This document shows, one piece after another, positions 1 through 10,143 of a DNA stretch of 64,000 nt (the first letter of the stretch is position 1; each line of letters begins with the position of its first letter). A model generated the notes under the pieces. That model made no database searches. It worked only from the letters and a program-made list of their open reading frames with translations, and had not been told where the DNA came from. Origin of the DNA: an uncultured Verrucomicrobiae bacterium (GTDB lineage Bacteria; Verrucomicrobiota; Verrucomicrobiia; Chthoniobacterales; Chthoniobacteraceae); assembly GCA_963769025.1 (NCBI GenBank), contig CAVYKI010000003.1, forward strand, positions 992,001 to 1,056,000, given 5' to 3'. Made by a program: the position numbers and the translations under genes.

Positions 1-410
1 CCCAGCCAGCGCCCGATGTCGAACCGCCCCGCATCCGCGCGCAGCTCGAACGTCCGAAATGCCGCGCCGCTGATCACATCAATGCCGGTGAGCCGCAGGT
101 ATTCGCCCGGCCATTCCGGCAGCGCGGCGACCGCCTCGATCACGCCCGTCACCGCCGCCACGCCGGGCGTGCGCTCGACCTGCGGCCACAGCGTTTCATC
201 CACATCGCCGCGGATCTCGAGATGCGCCTTTCCCGCGACGAGATCCACCGCGCCGGTGAACGCCCGCGTCGCACTTTCATTGGCGATGCGGATGGCCAGA
301 TACACCGCGATGCCGAGCGCGATGCTCAGCACATTGAACAGCGCAAGCAGCCGGTGCCGCCGCACGTAGCGGGCGACATTCCACCAGAAGATGCGCAGGA
401 AGGGCGGCAT
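1..410 (-). CDS. ABC transporter permease, FtsX/MacB-like (5' part; runs off window edge)
   Basis: Manual translation of the minus strand from ATG at 410: MPPFLRIFWWNVARYVRRHRLLALFNVLSIALGIAVYLAIRIANESATRAFTGAVDLVAGKAHLEIRG, a typical MacB/FtsX permease N-terminus. Not in the ORF track because it is open at the edge. Confidence 0.8.
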   Translation of the reverse strand, partial: MPPFLRIFWWNVARYVRRHRLLALFNVLSIALGIAVYLAIRIANESATRAFTGAVDLVAGKAHLEIRGDVDETLWPQVERTPGVAAVTGVIEAVAALPEWPGEYLRLTGIDVISGAAFRTFELRADAGRFDIGRWL

Positions 411-457
411 TGGCTGCGGACGATACGCGAGCGGGCGGAGAAATGGCGCGCTATTTT

Positions 458-541
458 GTAGCCGACGACGGCAGGAGGCGGGCACTTTGATGTTTCGTCC
501 ACACGGAAAAGATCAGCCCGCCTCCTGCCGTCGGCGGCTAC
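458..541. repeat. REP doublet (REPIN-like), GTAG family type A
   Basis: GTAGCCGACGACGGCAGGAGGCGG ... CCGCCTCCTGCCGTCGGCGGCTAC inverted pair in the intergenic gap; near-identical arms recur at 11653-11791. Confidence 0.8.
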
Positions 542-585
542 GAATGTTGCCAATTCCGCCCGCTTCCCGCATCGTCCGCCATTCC

Positions 586-2388
586 ATGCCGAAGCCTTTC
601 TTCATCACCACCGCGATTGATTACACCAACGGCGCGCCGCACATCGGGCATGCGTACGAAAAGGTGCTCGCCGACGTGCTCGCGCGCTATCACCGGCTGA
701 AGGGCGACGAAGTCTTCTACCTCACCGGCGTGGATCAGCACGGGCAGAAGGTGCAGCAGAGCGCGGAGAAGGCGGGCGTCGAGCCGCAGGAATTTGTGGA
801 CGGCATCACCGGGAAATTCACCGCGCTGTGGGAAAAGCTCGACGTGAAATACGACGCGTGGGCCGCGACGACGGACCCGCTTCACAAGGATTGCGTGCGC
901 GCGAATCTGCAAAAGCTGTGGGACGACAAGGATCCCGCGACCGGGCAGAGCCGGTGGATTTACAAGAAGACGCAGCGCGGCTTTTACAGCGTGCGCCAGG
1001 AGCAATTCCTCACGGACAAGGAGCGCGGGCCGGACGGGCAGTTCGGCCCCGAGTGGGGGCAGGTCGAGGAGCGCGACGAGGAGAACTTCTACTTCCGCCT
1101 CACTCAGGCGCCAGCCGCGCCGGGGCAGGACCCCGCGACCGGCCTGCCCGGCTGCGACCCGAAGCAGTGGCTGCTCGATTTCATCGACAAACGAAGCGCG
1201 GACGGAAAGCCGTTCGTCGTCCCCGATTTCCGCGTCGCCGAGTTGCGCAACGCGGTGGAAAAACTCGAAGGCGACCTGTGCATCTCGCGCCCCGCGTCGC
1301 GGCTGAAGTGGGGCATCCCCTTTCCTGAGAGCTTCGGCGAGGGCTTCGTCACCTACGTGTGGTTCGACGCGCTGGTGAACTACATCAGCTTCGCCCCCGG
1401 CCACGATACGGATTTCACCGCCAAGACGCCAAGGCGCCAGGAAGACGAAAATTCTTCCCCGCTTGGCGTCTTGGCGCCTTGGCGGTTCAACGATTTCTGG
1501 CCGCCGCTCCACGTCATCGGCAAGGACATCCTCATCCCCGCGCACGGCGTCTATTGGCCCATCATGCTCAAGGCGATGGGCTTTGCGGATGAGGAAATGC
1601 CGACGCTGCTCGTGCATGGCTGGTGGAACATCGCCGGCGCGAAAATGAGCAAGAGCCTCGGCAACATCGTGGACCCCGACCTCCTCGCCGACAAATACGG
1701 CCCCGAAGCACTGCGCTACTACCTCATGAGCGACATCGCCACCGGGCGCGATGCGGACTTCAGCGAGGAAAGGCTCGTCAGCTCTTACAATGCGGCCCTC
1801 GCAAATTCTCTCGGAAACTTGCTCAACCGCTCGCTGAGCATGGCGGGGAAGTATCGGGAGGGGCGCGTAGTGGATGCGAAAGTGAGCATCCCCAGCCAAA
1901 GATTAATTGTAGGGCAGCAACCGGACCCGGTAGAAATCTCGGTGCCTCCGGCTGGGCAAGACATCATAGATTTTCGCCGAGAGATTCGATCACAATGCAA
2001 CATCTACCCGACGGCGATGGACCATTTTCAAGTTCAGCAAGGGATCGCAGACGCGCTCGATATTGCGCAGCGGTGTAATCGGCTCATTGATGATGAAGCT
2101 CCTTGGAAACTGGCCAAAGACCCGAAGCAAGCTGACCACCTCGACACAGTCCTCTACTCGCTCGCCGAATCCCTCCGCATCATCGCCATCCTGATCTGGC
2201 CGGTGCTGCCGGATGCGGCGCACGGGATTTTTGACCAGCTCGCCTGGAAGCTGGACGAGGCCGGCAAGGACACGCGGTTCCGTCTCGCGGATGCGGTCTG
2301 GGGCGGTCTGCCGGACGGGCATGTGCTCGGCAAACCCGTCCCGCTTTTCCCGCGCATCGAGGCTCCGGCTCCGGCGGCGGAGAAGTAA
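586..2388 (+). CDS. metG: methionyl-tRNA synthetase
   Basis: FITTAIDYTNGAPHIGH (HIGH), YVWFDAL, IGKDI and KMSKS motifs, plus an anticodon-binding domain ending PLFPRIE. Start taken at ATG 586. Confidence 0.97.
   Translation: MPKPFFITTAIDYTNGAPHIGHAYEKVLADVLARYHRLKGDEVFYLTGVDQHGQKVQQSAEKAGVEPQEFVDGITGKFTALWEKLDVKYDAWAATTDPLHKDCVRANLQKLWDDKDPATGQSRWIYKKTQRGFYSVRQEQFLTDKERGPDGQFGPEWGQVEERDEENFYFRLTQAPAAPGQDPATGLPGCDPKQWLLDFIDKRSADGKPFVVPDFRVAELRNAVEKLEGDLCISRPASRLKWGIPFPESFGEGFVTYVWFDALVNYISFAPGHDTDFTAKTPRRQEDENSSPLGVLAPWRFNDFWPPLHVIGKDILIPAHGVYWPIMLKAMGFADEEMPTLLVHGWWNIAGAKMSKSLGNIVDPDLLADKYGPEALRYYLMSDIATGRDADFSEERLVSSYNAALANSLGNLLNRSLSMAGKYREGRVVDAKVSIPSQRLIVGQQPDPVEISVPPAGQDIIDFRREIRSQCNIYPTAMDHFQVQQGIADALDIAQRCNRLIDDEAPWKLAKDPKQADHLDTVLYSLAESLRIIAILIWPVLPDAAHGIFDQLAWKLDEAGKDTRFRLADAVWGGLPDGHVLGKPVPLFPRIEAPAPAAEK
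1417..1486. repeat. Palindromic octamer-unit element inserted in frame in metG
   Basis: ACCGCCAAGACGCCAAGGCGCCAGGAAGA ... TCTTCCCCGCTTGGCGTCTTGGCGCCTTGGCGGT, flanked by GATTTC at 1411-1416 and 1492-1497. Confidence 0.85.
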
Positions 2389-2471
2389 ACGCGTAGACGC
2401 AGAGACGCAGAGAAACATGTCAGGCTGACACGTTTTCTGTCCGCACCTCCGCGTCTCTGCGTCTCCGCGTT
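2388..2471. repeat. Palindromic octamer-unit element (ACGCAGAG)n ... (CTCTGCGT)n
   Basis: AACGCGTAGACGCAGAGACGCAGAG ... CTCCGCGTCTCTGCGTCTCCGCGTT directly after the metG stop; same architecture as the element inside metG. Confidence 0.8.
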
Positions 2472-2546
2472 TCGACCATTTTCACCAGCGGGGACTGGCG
2501 CTTCCGCTCGCGGATGATGGCCGGGAGGGCGGCGGGGCTCCGCAAG

Positions 2547-2652
2547 GTAGGGACGGCTCGCCGAGCCGTCCCGCGCATCCGGCGAACCCGGCGAATGAAC
2601 CCGCGGATCCGGCCGCACATGAGACAGGGCGCGTTCGGCGAACGCGCCCTAC
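2547..2652. repeat. REP doublet (REPIN-like), GTAG family type B
   Basis: GTAGGGACGGCTCGCCGAGCCGTCC ... GGCGCGTTCGGCGAACGCGCCCTAC; each arm is a small hairpin with a GTAG foot. Confidence 0.8.
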
Positions 2653-2713
2653 CCTGTTCAGGAGTTCCGCCTTGTGTCGGCGGGAGACGCGGTGATGCTC
2701 ACCTGTGCCCCGG

Positions 2714-4660
2714 ATGAACAACGCGACGAAAGTCCTCCTGCCCCTCGCCTTCCTGCTCGCGGGGTGGAGTGCCGGGTTTTTCATGGGCGGCGGGGCGGGC
2801 GGGGAAATGGGCGCGGGGCGATCCGCATCGGACGCGGCGGGTGCCGCGGGCGGGCAGCGCGGGAGTTCGCACACGGAGGCGGACGGAATGCCCGGAGGCA
2901 GCGGCTACACCCGCGACGCAAACCTGACCCCCGAGGAACGGCGCGGGCGCATGCTCTCGGGCCTGCTCGCGGCGATGCAGCAGCCGAATGATCTGCGGAA
3001 ATTCCGGAGCATGTTTTCCGCAGTGGAAAAGATCGGGCCGGAGGACATCCAGGCGGCGCTCGAATTCGCGAAGAAGCGGCCGGGCAACGAATGGGGCGGC
3101 GTGGTGTCGATGATCGTGGCGCGCTGGGCGGAGTTCGACCCGCAGTCGGCGGCGGCGTACGCGCTCACGATGAAGGGGAGCAACCGGTGGGAGCGCGACT
3201 TCGCACTTTCCACCGCCGCCAGCGAGTGGGCGCGAAAGGACGGAGCGGCGGCAAAGGCATGGGCGCTGGGGCTGCCGACGGGCAAGGAGCAGCAGACGGC
3301 CGTCGCGGGCGTGGCATCCGGCATGGTGCAGGTGGATGCGAGCGCGGCGCTCGCGTGGGTGAAGTCGCTGCCGCCGGAAATGCGTTCGATGGATGTGTAT
3401 CAGAAGATTTTTTCCGACTGGGGCGGGCGCGATCCGCAGCTCGCCTCGGCACAGGCGCTCTCGCTGCCGATGGGCGAAGGCCGCCAGCAGGCGCTGCTCG
3501 CGGTGGCGAGCCGCTGGGCGGAAAAGGATCCGCAGGCGGCGATGGACTGGCTGGAGCGAATCCCGGAAATCGGCACGCGCAGCCGCGCCATGGCCACGGC
3601 GCTCGGCCGTTGGGCGGAGACGGACCCGGAGGCGGCGATGAGCGCCGCGGAAAAAATGCCGGCGGGCGAATCGCGCAAGCAGGCCTTTGCGAACATCCTC
3701 CAGCAGGCGGCGCAGAAGGATCAGGAGCAGGCGATGCGGCTGATCGAGAAACTCCCCGAGGGCCAGGCCCGGGCGGACGCCGTGCAGCAGGTGGCGAATC
3801 AGCTCGCTTGGCAGAACCCGAAGGCCGCCGCCGAACTCGCCGCGACGCTGCCCGCCGGAAGCAACCGCGACGAGACGCTGCGCAATTCGCTGCGCAACTG
3901 GTCGCGCGAGGCGCCGGTGGAAGCGCTCGCATTCATCGAGAAAAACATGCCGGCCGGCGACGCGCGGCGGCAGGCTTCCAGCGAGGCGGTTGCGACGTGG
4001 GTGCTCAGCGACCCGCACGCGGCGCTGGAATGGGTCATCAAATCGCCGGAACTGAAGTCGGGCGACTACGGCCACGCCGTCTCGAGCTGGGCCGTGCAGG
4101 ATCCGCAGGGCGCGCTGGCGTGGGCGAAGAGCCAGCCGGAAGGCGCGCAGAAGCAGGCGTTCCTCGCCGGCGCGGTCGGCGGGATCTCGAACAATGACCC
4201 CGTGCAGGCCGCGCAGCTCTTTGCCACGCTCGCGCCGAGCGATGCGCAGAAGGCCACGGCGGGCCGAATCGCCGGCACGTGGGCGCGGCAGGATCCCGTG
4301 GCCGCCGCGCAGTGGGTCGTGCAGATCGCCGACCCGTCTGCGCGCGAGGCGGCATTCCCGCAGGTCGTCAATGCGATGGCGCAAAGTGATGTCGCGCGCG
4401 CCGCCGCGTGGCTGGAGAAACTCCCCGCCAGCCCGGAGCGCGACGCCGCCGTCACCGCGTACGCCGGGACGGTGACCGCGCGCGATCCCGAGGGCGCGGC
4501 GAGCTGGGCCGCGACCGTGGGCGACGACAACAAGCGCGAAAACGCCGTGCGGGGCGTGTACCAGCAGTGGAAGCGCTCCGACGAAACCGCCGCAAGCCGC
4601 TGGCTCGCGACAACGCCCGCACTTTCCGACGACGCGAAAAAGCGCATCTCCGGGAAGTAA
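2714..4660 (+). CDS. Exported or membrane-anchored alpha-helical repeat protein (about 16 x ~32-aa WxxxDPxAAxxW repeats)
   Basis: Hydrophobic N-terminus followed by repeats such as RWAEFDPQSAAAY, RWAEKDPQAAMDW, SWAVQDPQGALAW and TWARQDPVAAAQW. Confidence 0.8.
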   Translation: MNNATKVLLPLAFLLAGWSAGFFMGGGAGGEMGAGRSASDAAGAAGGQRGSSHTEADGMPGGSGYTRDANLTPEERRGRMLSGLLAAMQQPNDLRKFRSMFSAVEKIGPEDIQAALEFAKKRPGNEWGGVVSMIVARWAEFDPQSAAAYALTMKGSNRWERDFALSTAASEWARKDGAAAKAWALGLPTGKEQQTAVAGVASGMVQVDASAALAWVKSLPPEMRSMDVYQKIFSDWGGRDPQLASAQALSLPMGEGRQQALLAVASRWAEKDPQAAMDWLERIPEIGTRSRAMATALGRWAETDPEAAMSAAEKMPAGESRKQAFANILQQAAQKDQEQAMRLIEKLPEGQARADAVQQVANQLAWQNPKAAAELAATLPAGSNRDETLRNSLRNWSREAPVEALAFIEKNMPAGDARRQASSEAVATWVLSDPHAALEWVIKSPELKSGDYGHAVSSWAVQDPQGALAWAKSQPEGAQKQAFLAGAVGGISNNDPVQAAQLFATLAPSDAQKATAGRIAGTWARQDPVAAAQWVVQIADPSAREAAFPQVVNAMAQSDVARAAAWLEKLPASPERDAAVTAYAGTVTARDPEGAASWAATVGDDNKRENAVRGVYQQWKRSDETAASRWLATTPALSDDAKKRISGK

Positions 4661-4714
4661 ACGCCGCGGCGAACTCAACGACACCAGCGCAGTCAACGTT
4701 GCGCTCAAAGCGGG

Positions 4715-4850
4715 CTGATTTTTCCGAATGTGCTCATCACCGCGCTCCAGGCATTCCTCACAGCCGAGGCGCTGACGGAGATCGCGCGGGTCAGCTCGGA
4801 GAATGTCGTGCGCTTCGGCGAAGGGCAGCCCTTCCTCGACGACTTTCAGC
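4715..4850 (+). pseudogene. C-terminal remnant of a D-lactate / D-2-hydroxyacid dehydrogenase gene
   Basis: LIFPNVLITALQAFLTAEALTEIARVSSENVVRF matches the LdhA C-terminus pattern (NVLxTxHQAFLTxEAL); there is no upstream body and the catalytic His position reads Leu. Confidence 0.7.
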
Positions 4851-4858
4851 TCCGGAGG

Positions 4859-5365
4859 CTACAGGCCGGCCGGATGGCGGACGACGGCGCCGTTGAGGGG
4901 ACGGCCCTTCGTGGTCCACTTCGGCCCCTCGGCGCCAGTGCCCCAGCCGGTGTCGAATCGCAGGCCGGCGACGACGAGAAAGACGTGGCCGTTGCGCGCA
5001 TAGACATTGATCCACCGGCCGTGCCCGCGTGAGCCGTAGCGGCGGAATGCGCTGGAGGTCGTCGGCTGGTCGAGCAGCCCGGCTTCGCAGAGCACGTAGG
5101 AGGCTGCGCCGGAGCAATCGTACGCATTCGAGAGTCCGCGCGTGTGTCCCGCGCCGTAGCGGTAGGGCAGCCCGGCGATGCGGTTGCCGGCCTCGATCGC
5201 CGCGTGGACGGCGCGCGGCGCAGAAGCCGGCGCGATGGCCTGGCCGCCGTAAAGGGTCGCCGTTTTTCCGGGAATGGGCTTGTAGGCGTAGCGCCTTGGG
5301 CTGGAGCCGGCGCAACCGGAGAGAAACGCAAGGGCGAAGAGAGATGGAAGCAGGAGGCGGAGCAT
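4859..5365 (-). CDS. NlpC/P60-like peptidoglycan endopeptidase lipoprotein
   Basis: Lipobox LSGC; PYRYGAGH, YDCSG (catalytic Cys) and GHVF (His) motifs. Confidence 0.8.
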   Translation of the reverse strand: MLRLLLPSLFALAFLSGCAGSSPRRYAYKPIPGKTATLYGGQAIAPASAPRAVHAAIEAGNRIAGLPYRYGAGHTRGLSNAYDCSGAASYVLCEAGLLDQPTTSSAFRRYGSRGHGRWINVYARNGHVFLVVAGLRFDTGWGTGAEGPKWTTKGRPLNGAVVRHPAGL

Positions 5366-5443
5366 GTGCGGGCGTATCAAATCAGTTAGCAAAAGTCATG
5401 CGCGGATTGCCATCCCCGCGGCAAAATTTCCAGCGCGCTCCGG

Positions 5444-7788
<2,345 letters not shown>

Positions 7789-7839
7789 GGGGGAGTCAAG
7801 CCCCGCCCCGCGCAAACTCTAGGCCATTTCCCGCCCGGC

Positions 7840-8964
7840 TCAGACCATCTCGAGCTGTCCGCGACAGAGCCACATCAGCGCCTTCACACCGAGTTCCGGA
7901 AGATTGAAGGGCTTGCCGACAAAGTCGTTCCCGCCGCTGAGGCTCGCCTTTGCCTTGTTTTGGAAAGTCGCCATGCCGGTCAAGAATACGATCGGCGTGC
8001 GCTTGTACTGATCGATGGCGCGCACCTTCGTGCAGAGCTCGAAGCCGTTCATTTCCGGCAGGCCCACGTCGAGGAAGATGAGATTCATCGGCGACTTGTT
8101 CAGCTTCTCGATCGCCCGCGCCGGGGATTCCGCGCATTCGTTTTTCAGCCCGGCGAGCTGGAGCGCGGAGGTGATGAATTGCCGCGCGCCGTCCTCGTCA
8201 TCCACCACGAGCAGCGAGGCCGCGCCCGGGTCGGTGAGGCGCGAGAGACACTCCGGCTTGGAGATCGACGCGAGGAAATCGAGCGCCTGTCCCACGGTGC
8301 GAATCGTGGAGGGATTCAGTTGCTCGGGCGTCTCGTTCAAGCCGTGCAGCAGCATGTCGAACGAACCCGCGATCTGCGCGAAAGGCTTGTACGGGAGCAG
8401 CGCGGTCTTTTGGGCAAAGGCGTGCGCGAGGTTCCACAGCTCGTGCAGTGCGGGCAGTTCGGGCGGCGTCTCGGCGATGCCCGGCAGGCAGTGGCGCATC
8501 CGGTTGATGCTGTCCACCGCGTTCGCAAAAATGGCATCGACCCAGAATTCGTCGGCCTTGAAGAGCTGCTTGTCGGCGGCCGCGCCGAGGCCCGGCATGC
8601 CGAAGCTGCTGCGGATGGCGTCGATGATGCACGCGATCGGACTCGGCCCGGGGGCGATGGCCTGCGTGGCACCGGCCTCCGTCGCCTCGTGGGCGACCTG
8701 GCCGAGGAGGTTCGGGAGGATCAGGATGGGCAGTTTCGCATTCTCCGGTTCTGCACGGAGGGCGTGGATGAACTCCAGCGGGTTGCCTTCCTGAAAAACG
8801 ACATCGAGCAGCACGAGGTCCGGCTTCTTTTCCACGAGGATCTGCGCGGCCTTGCCCATGTCCCGGGCGGCGAACACGGCAAAGCCGTTCTCCTCGATTT
8901 TCTCCTGATAGAGTTTCAGCAGGAGCTTGTCATCGACGACGAGTAGGATGCGCTTGGAAGTCAT
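7840..8964 (-). CDS. Response regulator, REC - HPt-like - REC
   Basis: N-terminal REC (ILLVVDD, DLVLLDV), helical middle with AHAF, C-terminal REC (LLVVDDE, LIFLDVGLPEMNGFELC, FVGKPF). Confidence 0.85.
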   Translation of the reverse strand: MTSKRILLVVDDKLLLKLYQEKIEENGFAVFAARDMGKAAQILVEKKPDLVLLDVVFQEGNPLEFIHALRAEPENAKLPILILPNLLGQVAHEATEAGATQAIAPGPSPIACIIDAIRSSFGMPGLGAAADKQLFKADEFWVDAIFANAVDSINRMRHCLPGIAETPPELPALHELWNLAHAFAQKTALLPYKPFAQIAGSFDMLLHGLNETPEQLNPSTIRTVGQALDFLASISKPECLSRLTDPGAASLLVVDDEDGARQFITSALQLAGLKNECAESPARAIEKLNKSPMNLIFLDVGLPEMNGFELCTKVRAIDQYKRTPIVFLTGMATFQNKAKASLSGGNDFVGKPFNLPELGVKALMWLCRGQLEMV

Positions 8965-9118
8965 ACCGGTAGGGCTGTGTGTTTCTGGATTTGGCAAGGG
9001 TGCGAGATGCAAGGATCGTGCCGTCCGGCGAACGAATCCTAACTGCGGACGGCCGTGCGCAAATCCGCCAAGGCCACCGGACCTTCAGCCCGGGGGGCCG
9101 CCCCTGCGGCACCGAGAC

Positions 9119-10003
9119 CTACCGCTCGCGCATCAACACCGCCTTCGCCGCGGCCAGCTCCTTCAGCTTGGCCTTGCTGACCCTCGGGAAATGCAGGTCG
9201 AGCGATTGCAGCGTCTCGATGATCGCCGACGCCACGGCCAGGCGCGTGAACCACTTGTTGTCCGCCGGGACGACGTGCCATGGCGCGTCCTTCGTCGCGG
9301 TGTGGCGGATCATGTCCTCGTACGCCTCCATGTATTCGTCCCAATGCGCCCGCTCCTTCACGTCGCCCGTGGAGAATTTCCAATTCTTCTTCGGCTCATT
9401 CAGCCGGGCGAGGAACCGCTCGCGTTGCTCGCCCTTTGAAACGTGGAGGAAAAACTTCCGGACGATCACCCCGTTCCGCCCGAGGTAGCTTTCAAACGCG
9501 CGCACGTCCTTGAACCGCTCCTTCCAGATGTCCTCGGTGACCAGCTTCGGCGGCAGCTTTTGCGCTGCGAGAAATTCCGGATGCACGCGCACCACGAGCA
9601 TCTCCTCGTAGTACGAGCGGTTGAAAATGCCGATCCGGCCGCGCTCCGGCAGCGCCTTCGTCGTTCGCCACAGGAAGTCGTGATCGAGTTCCTGATCGCT
9701 CGGCGCCTTGAAGCTCGTGACCTCGCAGCCCTGCGGATTCACGCCCGACATCACGTGCTTGATCGTGCCGTCCTTCCCCGCCGCATCCATCGCCTGGAAA
9801 ATCAGCAGCAACGCCCACCGATCCTGCGCGTAGAGCTTTTCCTGCAAATCGCTGAGCAGCTGCACGCTCTCCTGGAGCAACTCCGCCGCCTTGTCCGGCG
9901 ACTTCAGTTTCCCGGTGTCCGCCGGATCCACATCCTTGAGCCGGAATTTCTTCCCCTTGGTGACGCGATACGGTTTGGCGAGGTCTGGCAGGGATGCATG
10001 CAT
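9119..10003 (-). CDS. ppk2: Polyphosphate kinase 2 family (class III-like)
   Basis: QAMDAAGKDG Walker A, FNRSYYE Walker B, WKFSxxD lid. Confidence 0.92.
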   Translation of the reverse strand: MHASLPDLAKPYRVTKGKKFRLKDVDPADTGKLKSPDKAAELLQESVQLLSDLQEKLYAQDRWALLLIFQAMDAAGKDGTIKHVMSGVNPQGCEVTSFKAPSDQELDHDFLWRTTKALPERGRIGIFNRSYYEEMLVVRVHPEFLAAQKLPPKLVTEDIWKERFKDVRAFESYLGRNGVIVRKFFLHVSKGEQRERFLARLNEPKKNWKFSTGDVKERAHWDEYMEAYEDMIRHTATKDAPWHVVPADNKWFTRLAVASAIIETLQSLDLHFPRVSKAKLKELAAAKAVLMRER

Positions 10004-10069
10004 GGCGTTCGGGAGTTCCTGCAAAAGGCTACCCGCTTCAGCCGATGCAGCCGATGGAAATCTTCCCCG

Positions 10070-10139
10070 GTAGGGCGGCTTCGCTGAAGCCGCCCCGTTC
10101 TCCCGGCAAAAGCGGGCGCGCTCGGCGAGCACGCCCTAC
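10070..10139. repeat. REP doublet (REPIN-like), GTAG family type B
   Basis: GTAGGGCGGCTTCGCTGAAGCCGCCC ... GGGCGCGCTCGGCGAGCACGCCCTAC; resembles 2547-2652. Confidence 0.8.
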
Positions 10140-10143
10140 CGAA

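Noticed and set aside
2699..4708. Long antisense and alternate-frame ORFs here and elsewhere (e.g. 27441-29246, 52024-53949, 61030-63411)
   Set aside because: Shadow ORFs expected at this GC content; Arg/Ala-rich, without motifs, and overlapping well-supported genes.
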